From sequence record KY555144.1: a DNA stretch of 64,000 bases. The stretch is one strand, 5' to 3'. The position numbers were made by a program, and so were the translations under genes. Every line of letters begins with the position of its first letter. Position 1 is the stretch's first letter. This document shows positions 52,745-62,391 of the stretch, piece by piece. The notes below the pieces were generated by a model. That model had not been told where the DNA came from, did not search any database, and saw nothing but the letters and a program-made list of their open reading frames with translations.

Positions 52745-53158
52745 ATGACCTATGTCTGCACCGCCGAGACCGACGAGATCATCAACGCCCAGCCCGTTGA
52801 TCTGGACGCGGCCGAGGCCCTGCTGCGTCCGCGTCCGAACTTCGCCAAGGCCAGAGGCGTCTGCCGCGAGTGCGGCGCGCCCAAGAACGAACGGCGCCTG
52901 GGTGCGGACTTCTGCTCGACCCGCTGCCGCTCGGACTTCCACAACCGGGCCAAGATCGAGGGCGCGTCGCTGATCCACATCGTCAAGCGCTGGCGGCGCT
53001 ATCGTCGCCCTGGCGACTTCGCCTTGATGACCAAGATGGCGGATGACCTGATCCGCGCCGACAAGCTCGCCAACCGCAGCTTCTATCCCGACCCGCCGGC
53101 CACGGCTCACGCCAAGGTCGTCGCCACCAACATCGCCGGGCGCCGCAAGGCCCGTTAG
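52745..53158 (+). CDS. Hypothetical Zn-finger protein (137 aa)
   Basis: CRECG...FCSTRC; GGAGG RBS. Confidence 0.7.
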   Translation: MTYVCTAETDEIINAQPVDLDAAEALLRPRPNFAKARGVCRECGAPKNERRLGADFCSTRCRSDFHNRAKIEGASLIHIVKRWRRYRRPGDFALMTKMADDLIRADKLANRSFYPDPPATAHAKVVATNIAGRRKAR

Positions 53159-53172
53159 TCCAGGAGTACAGT

Positions 53173-53427
53173 TTGACCACGCCGAACCAAGCCCCCGTCC
53201 ACACCATCGAGAGCGGTGGTCACCTCTTCCAGGTCTATGCGGCCCCGGAGAACCACACCCACCGCTACATCGGCTATTGCGACGGGGCGATCAGCGTCAG
53301 CGGCTCCAGCGTTGACGTCGTTCTGCGGGCCTTGGTGACCAAACATCCGGCGGTGCGGCCCAGCGGCGAGGTGATCGATTTCACCGCCTATCGCCTCAAA
53401 CGCCTGGGCGAGGAATTCGCCGCCTGA
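53173..53427 (+). CDS. Hypothetical protein (84 aa)
   Basis: AGGAG RBS before a TTG start. Confidence 0.6.
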   Translation: MTTPNQAPVHTIESGGHLFQVYAAPENHTHRYIGYCDGAISVSGSSVDVVLRALVTKHPAVRPSGEVIDFTAYRLKRLGEEFAA

Positions 53428-53444
53428 CGTCGTGATTTAACACT

Positions 53445-53514
53445 GTCATGAATCTTGACACCTGTCGGGATTGGAGGCTAGATGGCTCCCGCCTTTCACC
53501 CCCGTCCCGACAGG
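53445..53514 (+). promoter_or_regulatory. Recurring motif followed by a 10-bp inverted repeat before the primase start
   Basis: GTCATGAATCTTGACA at 53445-53460; CCTGTCGGGA (53461-53470) / TCCCGACAGG (53505-53514). Confidence 0.6.
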
Positions 53515-53518
53515 CTTC

Positions 53519-56500
53519 ATGTCCCACTCTTTCGATTTCCTCGCCGCGCTGTTCGCGGCGCATGAAGGCCCGATCGCCTTCGAGCACAACAACAAGACCG
53601 TCAAGACCCGCGATCCCGCGTTCGTGGAAGAGCACGACGGCGAACTCTATGTCTCTCCGACGACCCCGGACGGCCGCGTGGCCTTCGTGTTCGGCACGGA
53701 CCAGGACGTCGACGCCGACGTCTGGGAGGCGTTTCGCCTCAAGCCGACCGTCGTCCTCTACAAGGAAAAGACCGGCGACATGATCGTGGCCTGGGCCTTC
53801 GAGGAGACCCAGGACATCGACGACGTGCGCCGCCTCGCCGAGGCGCTGGGCATGGCCGATCTGGAAGAGCCGATCCCGCTGCCCGGCACCAACGGCTGGT
53901 CGCTGGTCCGCGCCGAGGAGAGCGACTACTACCTCCTCGACGAGGTCGAGCGCGTCTATGCCCCGGCCAAGAAGACCGGCTACGACGACCCGCCGAAGAA
54001 CCGGCAAGAAAATCGGCAAAATTCTGACACGCAATCGGCGCAAGCTTCGGAAAAGGCTGGCAAAAAAGCCTCTTCCAAGACCGGCAAAAAGACCGGCGCC
54101 GACGCGCCGCCGTGGGACGAGGACCTCGGGACCTACGCCGACGCCGTGATCAAGCGCCCCTATGACGAGGGCGACCCGGCGCTGGCCCAGGAGATCATCG
54201 TCTCCGTCGGGGCCAACAGCAAGTCGATGAACTGGCAACCCAAGGCCATGCCGCTGGGCGCGTTCGTCGCCCAGTTCTGCCAGCACCGCGAGGGCGCCAA
54301 GGACGGCGTCTCCTTCGTGCTGGGCGACATGGTGCCGGGCCAGCGCAAGAAGACGGCGATCAAGGCCCTCTACGCCGTGGGCCTGGACGTCGACGTGGGC
54401 ATGTCCTCGGCGGCGATCGACGCGGCCCTGGCCAAGTTCGGGCGCATGGCCGTCCGCTATACGACCCATTCCCACCTGAAGGCGGTCACGGACGTCAAGA
54501 AGGACGTCCTGATCAAGTGGTGCGAGCAGGAAGCCGACGGCGCCGACTACGAGGAGGACGAGGTCCTCCAGCGCTACTTCCTGGCCAAGGAACTGATGAC
54601 CCCGGACGTCGCCAAGACGGTCGAGTTCAACGGGACCGAGCACAAGGACGGCGGCATCATGGTCACCGTCAAGCACGCGCCGATCGCCAAGCACCGGATC
54701 ATCGTCCCCCTGGCGGCGGCCTTCGACATCTCCAAGGTCGCGCCGACCCAGAAAGAGGCGATGGACAAGTGGGCCAAGGTCCCGACCGCGCTCGCCCGCG
54801 AACTGGGCGTGCCGCTGGACAAGTCGTGCCTGGACCCCTCGCGCCTGTTCTATCTGCCGCGCCACGCCAAGGGCAAGCCGTTCGAGATCAGCCTGTTCGG
54901 CGGCGACCTGTTCGACTGGAAAAGCCTGACCCTCGACGATCCGTTCGAGGCCGAGATCGCCAAGCTGACCAAGGGGACCAGCAAGTCCAAGACCGAGGCC
55001 GGTCGCAACCTGGGCCGCTGGTCGATGAAGGCCGCCCACGGCTTCCAGGTCGTCCAGGTCATGGAGGAGCACTGCCCCGACAAGCTGCGCCACCAAGTCT
55101 CGGCCGGCTACGAGATCGAGTGCCCGTTCGACGAGCTTCACTCCAACGCTGGCGACACCGAGGATCGCGCCTGTCTGGCGGTCAACGCCGGCGATGGTCC
55201 GAGCGAGTGGTTCACCGTCCGCTGCCAGCACGAGTCCTGCCGCGAGTTCACCAATCTCGACATGCTCGGCAAGATGGTCGAGGACGGCTGGTTTGACCGC
55301 GACGTGCTCGACGACGAGACCTACAACATCGTCGAGGCCGAGAACGCCCCCAACCCGCAGGCGGCCAAGAAGATCGAGAAGGAGGACAAGGCCAAGGAAG
55401 CCTATATGCAGGCGATCTTTGACCTCCCCGAATCCGACTTCACCGACGACGACGTCGAGAAGGTCCTGCGCGTCTGCTGCGAGGCCAATCTGGGGACCCT
55501 GGCCGAGAACAAGGCCAAGGAAGCCCTCAAGGCGCGCCTGGGCGTCACCGGCACGGTGATCAACAAGATGTTCAAGGACATGAAGGCCACGGTCGCGCGC
55601 GAGCAGAACGCCGAGGGCGCGGTCAAGGACCCGCTGGGCCGCAGCATCTTCGCCTATGCGGGCGAGTTCAACTTCGACGAGGCCTTCGCCTGCTGCTTCC
55701 GCGCGCTGGTCAACACCAACCGCGAGAAGGACCAGCCGATCTTCTCCTGCTTGCAGGACAAGCCCGTGCGCATGGCTCCCGAGCCGGATGGTCGTCTGAA
55801 GTTCACCGAGATCGGCACGGCCGCCTCCATGGGGGCCGAACTGAACGAGCTTGTCACCTTCGTGCGCAAGAACGAGCAGGGCCAGGGCGCGCGCGGAAGG
55901 GTTCCCGACGACGTGGCGCGCCACGTGTTCGAGAAGGCCTACACCCGCCTGCCGCGCACGCCCGAGATCATGTACACCCCGATCTATACGGCCGAGGGTG
56001 ACCTGATCCGCAAGCCCGGCTGGTATCAGAACCTCGACATCCTGATGGCCGACATCGGCTTCGACGTTCCGAAGGTGTTCAGCGATCCGACGCCCGAGGA
56101 GGTCGAGGACGCCGTGAAGCTCCTGACCGACGAGGTCCTGATCGACTTCCCGTTCCTGGACTATGACACCGCCGGCAACGAGCGGCGCGAGCCGTCCATG
56201 GCCAACGCCCTGGCGATGCTGATCACCCCGTTCATGCGCCGCATGATCGATAGCTGCACGCCGGTGTTCTTCGTCTCCAAGCCGACGCCGGGCACGGGCG
56301 GGACCTTCCTGGGGATGGTGCCGATCATCCTGTTCGACGGTGAGGAGCCGGCCCCGATCCGCTACACCCAGAACGAAGAGGAAATGCAGAAGGCGCTTTT
56401 GGCTTCTCTCATGAATTCAAAGGCTTACCTCTTCTTCGACGACGTCAAGGAGTTCAACAACCGGGTGTTGCTGATGGCGATTACCTCGCGTTATATTGGT

Positions 56501-57175
56501 GGTCGCGTCCTCGGCTCCTCGAAGAACATCGAGATGCCGAACAACTCGATCTGGATCGCCACGGGCAACAACCCGCTGATCTCCTCGGAAATGGCCCGGC
56601 GGGTGGTCGACATCCGCCTCAACGCCAAGACCTCGGACATCCAGAAGCGCACCTACAAGCACCCCGACTACGTCCAGTGGCTCAAGGCCAATCGCGGCGA
56701 GATCGTCCACGCGATCCTCACCCTGATCGCCCATTGGATCAACTGCGGCATGCCGAAGTTCACGGCCCGCAAGCGCGCGTCGTTCGAGGACTGGTCCGAG
56801 AAGGTGGGCGGCGTGCTGATGTGCGCCAACATCGAGGGCTTCCTGGACAACCGCCGCTCGGTCGCCGCCGACATGGATGAGGCCGCGATCAAGCAACTGG
56901 TCCGCGATTGGCTGCTCAAGTGGGGCGAGAAGACCCAGGTCAAGATCGCCGACCTGTGGAGCTACGCCTACGACATGGAACTCGACATCGTTTCGGGGGC
57001 CAACGACGACCAGAAGAAGGCCCGCTTCATGCGCATCCTTCCAACCCTGGACGGCCGGACGTTCAAGATGCCGCGCGGCGACTGCATGGTCCGCGCCGGC
57101 TCCGACGCCGACGGCAATGTCACCTATCATCTGGAGCGCCTGAGCGCGACGGAGGAGGTCCTGGAGACTGCCTGA
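53519..57175 (+). CDS. Primase-helicase (AEP-type primase, Zn-binding domain, SF3-like C-terminus)
   Basis: YTTHSH, HRIIVPL, DPSRLFYLP, CPFDELH...CQHESC, Walker-A-like PTPGTGGT, FFDDV, ATGNN. Confidence 0.75.
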   Translation: MSHSFDFLAALFAAHEGPIAFEHNNKTVKTRDPAFVEEHDGELYVSPTTPDGRVAFVFGTDQDVDADVWEAFRLKPTVVLYKEKTGDMIVAWAFEETQDIDDVRRLAEALGMADLEEPIPLPGTNGWSLVRAEESDYYLLDEVERVYAPAKKTGYDDPPKNRQENRQNSDTQSAQASEKAGKKASSKTGKKTGADAPPWDEDLGTYADAVIKRPYDEGDPALAQEIIVSVGANSKSMNWQPKAMPLGAFVAQFCQHREGAKDGVSFVLGDMVPGQRKKTAIKALYAVGLDVDVGMSSAAIDAALAKFGRMAVRYTTHSHLKAVTDVKKDVLIKWCEQEADGADYEEDEVLQRYFLAKELMTPDVAKTVEFNGTEHKDGGIMVTVKHAPIAKHRIIVPLAAAFDISKVAPTQKEAMDKWAKVPTALARELGVPLDKSCLDPSRLFYLPRHAKGKPFEISLFGGDLFDWKSLTLDDPFEAEIAKLTKGTSKSKTEAGRNLGRWSMKAAHGFQVVQVMEEHCPDKLRHQVSAGYEIECPFDELHSNAGDTEDRACLAVNAGDGPSEWFTVRCQHESCREFTNLDMLGKMVEDGWFDRDVLDDETYNIVEAENAPNPQAAKKIEKEDKAKEAYMQAIFDLPESDFTDDDVEKVLRVCCEANLGTLAENKAKEALKARLGVTGTVINKMFKDMKATVAREQNAEGAVKDPLGRSIFAYAGEFNFDEAFACCFRALVNTNREKDQPIFSCLQDKPVRMAPEPDGRLKFTEIGTAASMGAELNELVTFVRKNEQGQGARGRVPDDVARHVFEKAYTRLPRTPEIMYTPIYTAEGDLIRKPGWYQNLDILMADIGFDVPKVFSDPTPEEVEDAVKLLTDEVLIDFPFLDYDTAGNERREPSMANALAMLITPFMRRMIDSCTPVFFVSKPTPGTGGTFLGMVPIILFDGEEPAPIRYTQNEEEMQKALLASLMNSKAYLFFDDVKEFNNRVLLMAITSRYIGGRVLGSSKNIEMPNNSIWIATGNNPLISSEMARRVVDIRLNAKTSDIQKRTYKHPDYVQWLKANRGEIVHAILTLIAHWINCGMPKFTARKRASFEDWSEKVGGVLMCANIEGFLDNRRSVAADMDEAAIKQLVRDWLLKWGEKTQVKIADLWSYAYDMELDIVSGANDDQKKARFMRILPTLDGRTFKMPRGDCMVRAGSDADGNVTYHLERLSATEEVLETA

Positions 57176-57202
57176 CGGGGGTGAGTGCTCCAGGCCCACG
57201 AG

Positions 57203-57233
57203 AAAGGCCCCAGGATCGCTCCTGGGGCCTTTT
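57203..57233. terminator. Bidirectional intrinsic terminator
   Basis: AAA-GGCCCCAGGA-TCGC-TCCTGGGGCC-TTTT. Confidence 0.88.
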
Positions 57234-57253
57234 GAGTGTCTGAGGCTGGCCGA

Positions 57254-57598
57254 CTAGAGCCAGATGATCTGAGGGGCCTTGCCGCGCTTCCTGACGATCT
57301 GCACGAGGCCTTCGGCGACGAGCTTGCCGTACAACCGGTCGAGCGAGGCGGTCTTGGTCCGGCCTTTGTCCCCGGCTTGCTGGCGCCGCCGCGCCTTGCG
57401 GTTCATCGCCTCCCGTCCGTAGGTCATCTCGATCCCGGTCTGGAGGTCCTGGCGCGTCAGCTTGCCGCTGGCGAGGGCTTGATCGAGCACATCCACGGCC
57501 TCGGGCGGGTACTTCTCCCGCGCGGCCTTCAGATAGGCCGCCTTCTCCTCGGGGGACAGGGTTTCGACGGGGTCTTGTTCGGGGGTCGGCGCGGTCAT
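57254..57598 (-). CDS. Hypothetical protein (114 aa)
   Basis: ATG at 57598 with GGAG upstream; normal codon usage. Confidence 0.6.
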   Translation of the reverse strand: MTAPTPEQDPVETLSPEEKAAYLKAAREKYPPEAVDVLDQALASGKLTRQDLQTGIEMTYGREAMNRKARRRQQAGDKGRTKTASLDRLYGKLVAEGLVQIVRKRGKAPQIIWL

Positions 57599-57713
57599 GA
57601 AAATCTCCAGGCGCGGGAATGTCACCCCTGATGACACACCCAGCACGAGACGTAAAGTGTTGACAGACGACACTCGAAGCCGGTATTGAACCTCCTGTAC
57701 GGTAAGGGAAAAC

Positions 57714-58313
57714 ATGATCGACGACGAGTCAGACTGGCAGGAAGGCGAGCTTTCGCCGCCCCGCGCCCCGATCACCACCAAGGACCTGACGGCCGCCGCC
57801 CAGAGCGTCGCCGGCGGGCGCATGGCGGCGATGCGGGCGGCTGGAGAATCCCATCGACGCGATTTCCTGATCCTGCGTGGACCGCTGGGCGTTGTCCGGC
57901 TCTCGTTCGCGCATGTTCCGGTCCTCCAGGCGCTTTGGCGTGTCTGGGCTCGCAAGCGGCTCCAGCGGATCGATGATCCCGGCGCCAATCTTGCAGAGAT
58001 CGGAGCCGAGATGGGTTTGGAGGTCAGCGCGGTCCGCCCGGTGATCACCAGCCTGCACAAGAACCGACTGATCCGCACGCGCCGCAGCCACCACGGCTGG
58101 CAGGGCGTGCGGGCGACCTACTACCCGTCGGAGATCGCCGTCCAGGCCCTGGGCTTGGCGGAGGTCCTCGGCCCTGGTCACGCCGTCCAGGTGGGGCGTA
58201 ACGCCTCGGCCTGGGCGAGCCGCAGCCAGACCGAGCCCGGCAACCTGTTCCAACACGCCGCGCTGTTGCGGGGCGGGGCTCATGCCAGGGCCTACGATTC
58301 GGAGTATTCATGA
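57714..58313 (+). CDS. Winged-helix DNA-binding protein (putative)
   Basis: NLAEIGAEMGLEVSAVRPVITSLHKNRLIRTRR. Confidence 0.55.
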   Translation: MIDDESDWQEGELSPPRAPITTKDLTAAAQSVAGGRMAAMRAAGESHRRDFLILRGPLGVVRLSFAHVPVLQALWRVWARKRLQRIDDPGANLAEIGAEMGLEVSAVRPVITSLHKNRLIRTRRSHHGWQGVRATYYPSEIAVQALGLAEVLGPGHAVQVGRNASAWASRSQTEPGNLFQHAALLRGGAHARAYDSEYS

Positions 58314-58314
58314 A

Positions 58315-58731
58315 ATGCCGCAAACCGCGAAAGACCTCAAAGCCGCCGACGTCCAGCCCGCCGGGGCTAAGGGAAGCGCGCAGCCTGGAGGTGCTGAAGG
58401 GGCGACCTCCACGGGTGCGGTCCTTCTGAGCAAGGAGGCCATCGGGCAGATCGGGGAAGCCCTCGGCGGCCGGACCCATTGGCAGGCCTCGATCGCGCGT
58501 CGGGTCGGCGTCTCCAAGTCGCAGATCACCCGCTATCTCAATGGCGATCGCACGCCCAACACCGCCCTGGGCGACATCTTCATGGACCTGATCGTCGGGA
58601 ACATCGAGGAACTGTCCGACCTCCTGAGCACGCCCGGCCTGCCCGAGGCCGAGGGCGCGGTGGTCGCCGAAGCCCAGCGCCACATCCAGCAAGCCGTGCA
58701 GTTGCTGCGCGACAAAATCCTGTATTCCTGA
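58315..58731 (+). CDS. XRE/Cro-like HTH protein
   Basis: QASIARRVGVSKSQITRYLNGDRTP. Confidence 0.75.
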   Translation: MPQTAKDLKAADVQPAGAKGSAQPGGAEGATSTGAVLLSKEAIGQIGEALGGRTHWQASIARRVGVSKSQITRYLNGDRTPNTALGDIFMDLIVGNIEELSDLLSTPGLPEAEGAVVAEAQRHIQQAVQLLRDKILYS

Positions 58732-58739
58732 GGTCCCGC

Positions 58740-59210
58740 ATGTCCCTGATCGAGAAGCTCAACAACGACGCCCTGGCCGCCCGCAAGGCGGCGATGCGCA
58801 AGGAAGCCGGCGGCGAGCACGCCGTTCTCCTGGCGACGGTCGCGGCGGACGCCGCCATGATCGCCAAGAACGACCGCCAGAACCCCGGCCGCGACGTCAC
58901 GGACGAGGACGTCGTCGCCACGCTGAAGAAGCACATCGGCGGCATCGACACCACCCTGGCGGAACTGACCAAGCGCGGCCGGTCCGAGGAGGAGCAGTCG
59001 CGCTTCATCGTCGAGCGCCGGCGCCTGGAGGCCTATCTGCCCCAGACCCTGTCGGGCGGCGATCTGACCGACGCGATCCACGCCACGGCCGCCAAGCTCG
59101 GCGTCGACCTGCACGTCAAGAGCACCAAGGCGATCGTCGCCGATCTGCAAGAGCAGTTCCCTGGCCAGATTGATTCTTCGGAAGTCGCGCGCTATCTTAA
59201 GAACGTCTGA
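58740..59210 (+). CDS. GatB/YqeY domain protein
   Basis: MSLIEKL...AAMRK...VTDEDVVATLKKHI...LEAYLPQTLS. Confidence 0.75.
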   Translation: MSLIEKLNNDALAARKAAMRKEAGGEHAVLLATVAADAAMIAKNDRQNPGRDVTDEDVVATLKKHIGGIDTTLAELTKRGRSEEEQSRFIVERRRLEAYLPQTLSGGDLTDAIHATAAKLGVDLHVKSTKAIVADLQEQFPGQIDSSEVARYLKNV

Positions 59211-59237
59211 TCCCAGACGAAATCCCAGTCAGAACTT

Positions 59238-59268
59238 AAAAGGCCCCGGAGCGATCCGGGGCCTTTTT
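59238..59268. terminator. Bidirectional intrinsic terminator
   Basis: AAAA-GGCCCCGGA-GCGA-TCCGGGGCC-TTTTT. Confidence 0.9.
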
Positions 59269-59288
59269 CTATTGGTGGACCGGAAGCT

Positions 59289-60353
59289 TTACGCCGCCGC
59301 TTCCGTTTCGGGACCGTCCTCGATCCAGGCCGCGTAGAGGTCTTCCAGGACCTTGACGCGAGCCGGGTCCATGTCGGACGGATCGCGGATGCCTTCGAAG
59401 ACCCCGTGGCGCGGCAGGTCGTAGTCGCCGGCCAGGGCGTAGCTCATCTTGATGAACTGCCCCAGCGGTGGGTTCTCGTAGAACTCCGCCTTCTGCTTGG
59501 CGTTGAGCCCCGAGGCGATCCTGGCGACCTTGCCGGGCCATTCAGGGAAGATGACCAGCAGGCCGCCGGCGATGCCCTTGCCGACCTTGCCCGCCTTGTG
59601 GGTCGAGCGCTTGGTGTAGCCGCGCTCGTCGAGCGTGGCCTCGTTGGTGTTGGCCTTCTCCTCGTAGCGCCCGATGCAGACGCCCTCCAGATCGGCCTTG
59701 TCCTTGGCCTTGACGTTGAACCCCTCCAGGACGGTCGAGCGGCCGGGCTTGTAGGGGCCGTCGATCGCGCAGAAGATCAGCCCCTCGTCGTCGTTTTCGA
59801 GGGCCTCGTAGAACATCGCCACCGCCTGTTCGGCGGTTTCGAGCAGGCGCTGCTCCAGGACGATGACCCAGGGCGGCAGGTCCCCTTCCAGCGCCTTGAG
59901 GGCGGCGAGACGCTCGGCCTTGCCGCCCGGCGCCAGGAAGTGCTCGAAGACGTAGTAGCGGATGTCCGGCTCGCCCTCCTGGGTCATGACCGCCGAGGTC
60001 GAGCCCCGGAAGTTCAGCTTGCCGTCGGTCAGGATGCCGATTTCGCCATCCAGGCCGTGCGGCAGGGTCGACAGGAGCCGGCGCACGTGGTGATTGGGGA
60101 TGTACTTGAGCGAGCGAGTGATCCCGTGTCCGATCTCATCGACCTCGGTCGTCACCCAGCCCTGCTCCGTATGGACCAGCGCCGCCTCGATCTTGTCGGG
60201 ATGCACCGGAGAGACGCTGGCCCGCACCCCGTCTTTCTTGAACGAGGCATAGCACGGGAATTTGATCCGCGCGGCGAACTCGCTCGGCTTGACCGAGTCG
60301 GTGTCGGCCAAGGCGATGCGGAATCGCTTGTAGGGCTTGAACGGCTTGCTCAT
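59289..60353 (-). CDS. ATP-dependent DNA ligase
   Basis: KKDGVRA (KxDG), LDGEI, YVFE, DEGLIF, VKAK motifs. Confidence 0.9.
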   Translation of the reverse strand: MSKPFKPYKRFRIALADTDSVKPSEFAARIKFPCYASFKKDGVRASVSPVHPDKIEAALVHTEQGWVTTEVDEIGHGITRSLKYIPNHHVRRLLSTLPHGLDGEIGILTDGKLNFRGSTSAVMTQEGEPDIRYYVFEHFLAPGGKAERLAALKALEGDLPPWVIVLEQRLLETAEQAVAMFYEALENDDEGLIFCAIDGPYKPGRSTVLEGFNVKAKDKADLEGVCIGRYEEKANTNEATLDERGYTKRSTHKAGKVGKGIAGGLLVIFPEWPGKVARIASGLNAKQKAEFYENPPLGQFIKMSYALAGDYDLPRHGVFEGIRDPSDMDPARVKVLEDLYAAWIEDGPETEAAA

Positions 60354-60802
60354 CTCAACTTTCCCTCGATCAGTTTGAGGCCGGGCTGATCCCGGTTCAT
60401 TTGGTAGACGGCGTAGCGATCGCCATTGAACTCGACGCTGTAGACGGTCATGTCGGCGTTGAGGCACTGCATCCACATGTTCCGCGTGCCCGGTCCGCCG
60501 GGGAAGGCCACGCAGACATCGGCCCCGCTCTCCTTGCGCATCCGGGTGTTGCGGTTCTTCGGCGCGTCGTCGCCTTCGCCGTCCAGGGCCGGATCGACGG
60601 GATAGACCTCGATGCCAAAGCCCCACTTCTCGGCCCAGGCGCGGCAGAGCCGGTCATAGCCCTCGGCGTCGCCGTCGACCCAGATCATGTCGCGCGGCCA
60701 GCGTAGCATCGACACCAGGGCCGAAAGGACCAGTCGCGGGGCCTGCTCGACGACCCCGACCCGGCCGCCGCAGACCACCGCCTTGAACGGATCAGGCTTC
60801 AT
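60350..60802 (-). CDS. SLOG-superfamily protein (YspA/DUF2493-like)
   Basis: VVCGGR, GDAEGYD, RNTRM...VAFPGGPGT..M. Confidence 0.8.
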   Translation of the reverse strand: MKPDPFKAVVCGGRVGVVEQAPRLVLSALVSMLRWPRDMIWVDGDAEGYDRLCRAWAEKWGFGIEVYPVDPALDGEGDDAPKNRNTRMRKESGADVCVAFPGGPGTRNMWMQCLNADMTVYSVEFNGDRYAVYQMNRDQPGLKLIEGKLR

Positions 60803-62390
60803 CGCCGAAAATCTCCGGATCGAGCACGTCTTCCTCCATGTCGATGAACCCCTGTAGCGGCTGGCGCGGCTCGACGCGCCTGTTCTCCAGCATGATCTCG
60901 TCATGCACCCGCATCTGCGGGATGTAGTCGTACTCGAAGCGCCGCTGCCGGAGGCCGAGCGCGTCGAGGCTCATGTGCCGGCCGTGATGGCGCTGGGCGT
61001 CGGACAGGAATTCCTGATAGGCGGCCCGCGTCGAGGTGGCATGGCTGGCGGCGTCGGACAGCGCGGCGGTCAGGGGCTTGAACGAGGTGGCTCCGTCGCT
61101 CATCTCGGTGATGGTGTCGAAGAAGGGCTCCAGGTCCGCCACCCCGCGCGGGCCGATCCCCAGCCATCCCGCCAGTCGTTCAGGCTTGACGTCGTAGCAC
61201 GAGCCGTCGATCGCCCAGGCGCCCTCCTTGGGGTCCCAGGTCCAGGGCGCGTCGTTCATCGTCGCCAACACCCCGAAGGCGTCGCAGCGGTCCTTGCCGT
61301 CGCGCAGCACCCCGTAGCCGAACTTGGCCTTGCCAAGCATCGTGGTCCATTCGAGCAACACCGTCGGCTCGATGTTCAGCGCCGAAAGATGCCGGGCCAG
61401 ACGGCGCGTGTTGGCGGAGGCCGGCGAGGAAATGCCCAGCACGTCGTGCTCGAAGATCGCCCAGTCCTCGTAGTCGGCGAACCGGCAATGTTCGGGATAG
61501 TCCTCGAACACGCGGTCGCGGTCGTATTTCGGGTCGTAGATGTCGCGGAAGTCATAGTGCCGCCCGCCACCGCGAATCAAGGTGGGGTTCGTGTTGAGTC
61601 TCAGGGCGTAGCCGAGTTCGATGTAGCGATTTTGGCGCTCGGCCGCGCGCCCCAGCGTCGAGGAATCAGGCATCCAGCATCCGGTCCACTCCCCTTCCGG
61701 CCCCCAGATGAACAACTGCGCGATCTCCGGGCGGATGTTGCGCAGGTGCGGCTCGGTGGGCGGCAAGTAATAGGCCAGATCACCGATCTTGACCCGCATG
61801 CTCTGGACGTGATGCTCGTAGCGGCGCACGGCGTCGTTATAGCGACCGCCTGAAAAAGGCTCGATCATCCTGGTCGCCATCGCGTAGTCCTTACTCATCA
61901 GCCAGTCCATGGCTTGCTTCTGATAGGGGTAGGGCTGAAAGGCCTTGACCATCTTCTGGCTTATGACCGTCTCGGACTTCAGTATCTGGGCCATGGTCTC
62001 CTGGAGGCGCGACTTGCCGGCTTGCCGGGGCGCGACGAGGAGGTCTCCCAGGCCCAGGGTGGTGTCCTCGATGATCTTGAGGTCGTTCCAGGACGTCGCG
62101 TGCGTGGTGACGCTCCCCACCGGCGAGGCGGGGTCGACCCCGAGGATCATCTTGCCGATCTTGTGGTCGAACGCCGCCACGATCTGCTCGATCTTCGAGA
62201 GCGGCGCGGTGTCGTCGAGCGGATAGGCCACGTCGAGCGTGCTCGACGGCAGCGGCGGCTTGGCGTAGGCTTCCCGCAGCTTCATGAGCGCGTCGGCCGC
62301 CTTGCCGGTTGGGGCGATGACCTGGGCGATCGCCGTTTCCGGCGGACGGGCGGTCTTGCCGCCCAGGCCCAGATTGCTCAGGAAGGCCGG
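60792..62390 (-). CDS. Large hypothetical protein (start uncertain) carrying fragmentary motifs
   Basis: Long ORF with normal codon usage between the DUF1643 and SLOG genes. Confidence 0.55.
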   Translation of the reverse strand, partial: PAFLSNLGLGGKTARPPETAIAQVIAPTGKAADALMKLREAYAKPPLPSSTLDVAYPLDDTAPLSKIEQIVAAFDHKIGKMILGVDPASPVGSVTTHATSWNDLKIIEDTTLGLGDLLVAPRQAGKSRLQETMAQILKSETVISQKMVKAFQPYPYQKQAMDWLMSKDYAMATRMIEPFSGGRYNDAVRRYEHHVQSMRVKIGDLAYYLPPTEPHLRNIRPEIAQLFIWGPEGEWTGCWMPDSSTLGRAAERQNRYIELGYALRLNTNPTLIRGGGRHYDFRDIYDPKYDRDRVFEDYPEHCRFADYEDWAIFEHDVLGISSPASANTRRLARHLSALNIEPTVLLEWTTMLGKAKFGYGVLRDGKDRCDAFGVLATMNDAPWTWDPKEGAWAIDGSCYDVKPERLAGWLGIGPRGVADLEPFFDTITEMSDGATSFKPLTAALSDAASHATSTRAAYQEFLSDAQRHHGRHMSLDALGLRQRRFEYDYIPQMRVHDEIMLENRRVEPRQPLQGFIDMEEDVLDPEIFGDEA

Positions 62391-62391
62391 C

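Noticed and set aside
53471-53518. TTG start at 53471 for the primase
   Set aside because: It lies within the promoter/hairpin region; the ATG at 53519 gives a more protein-like N-terminus.
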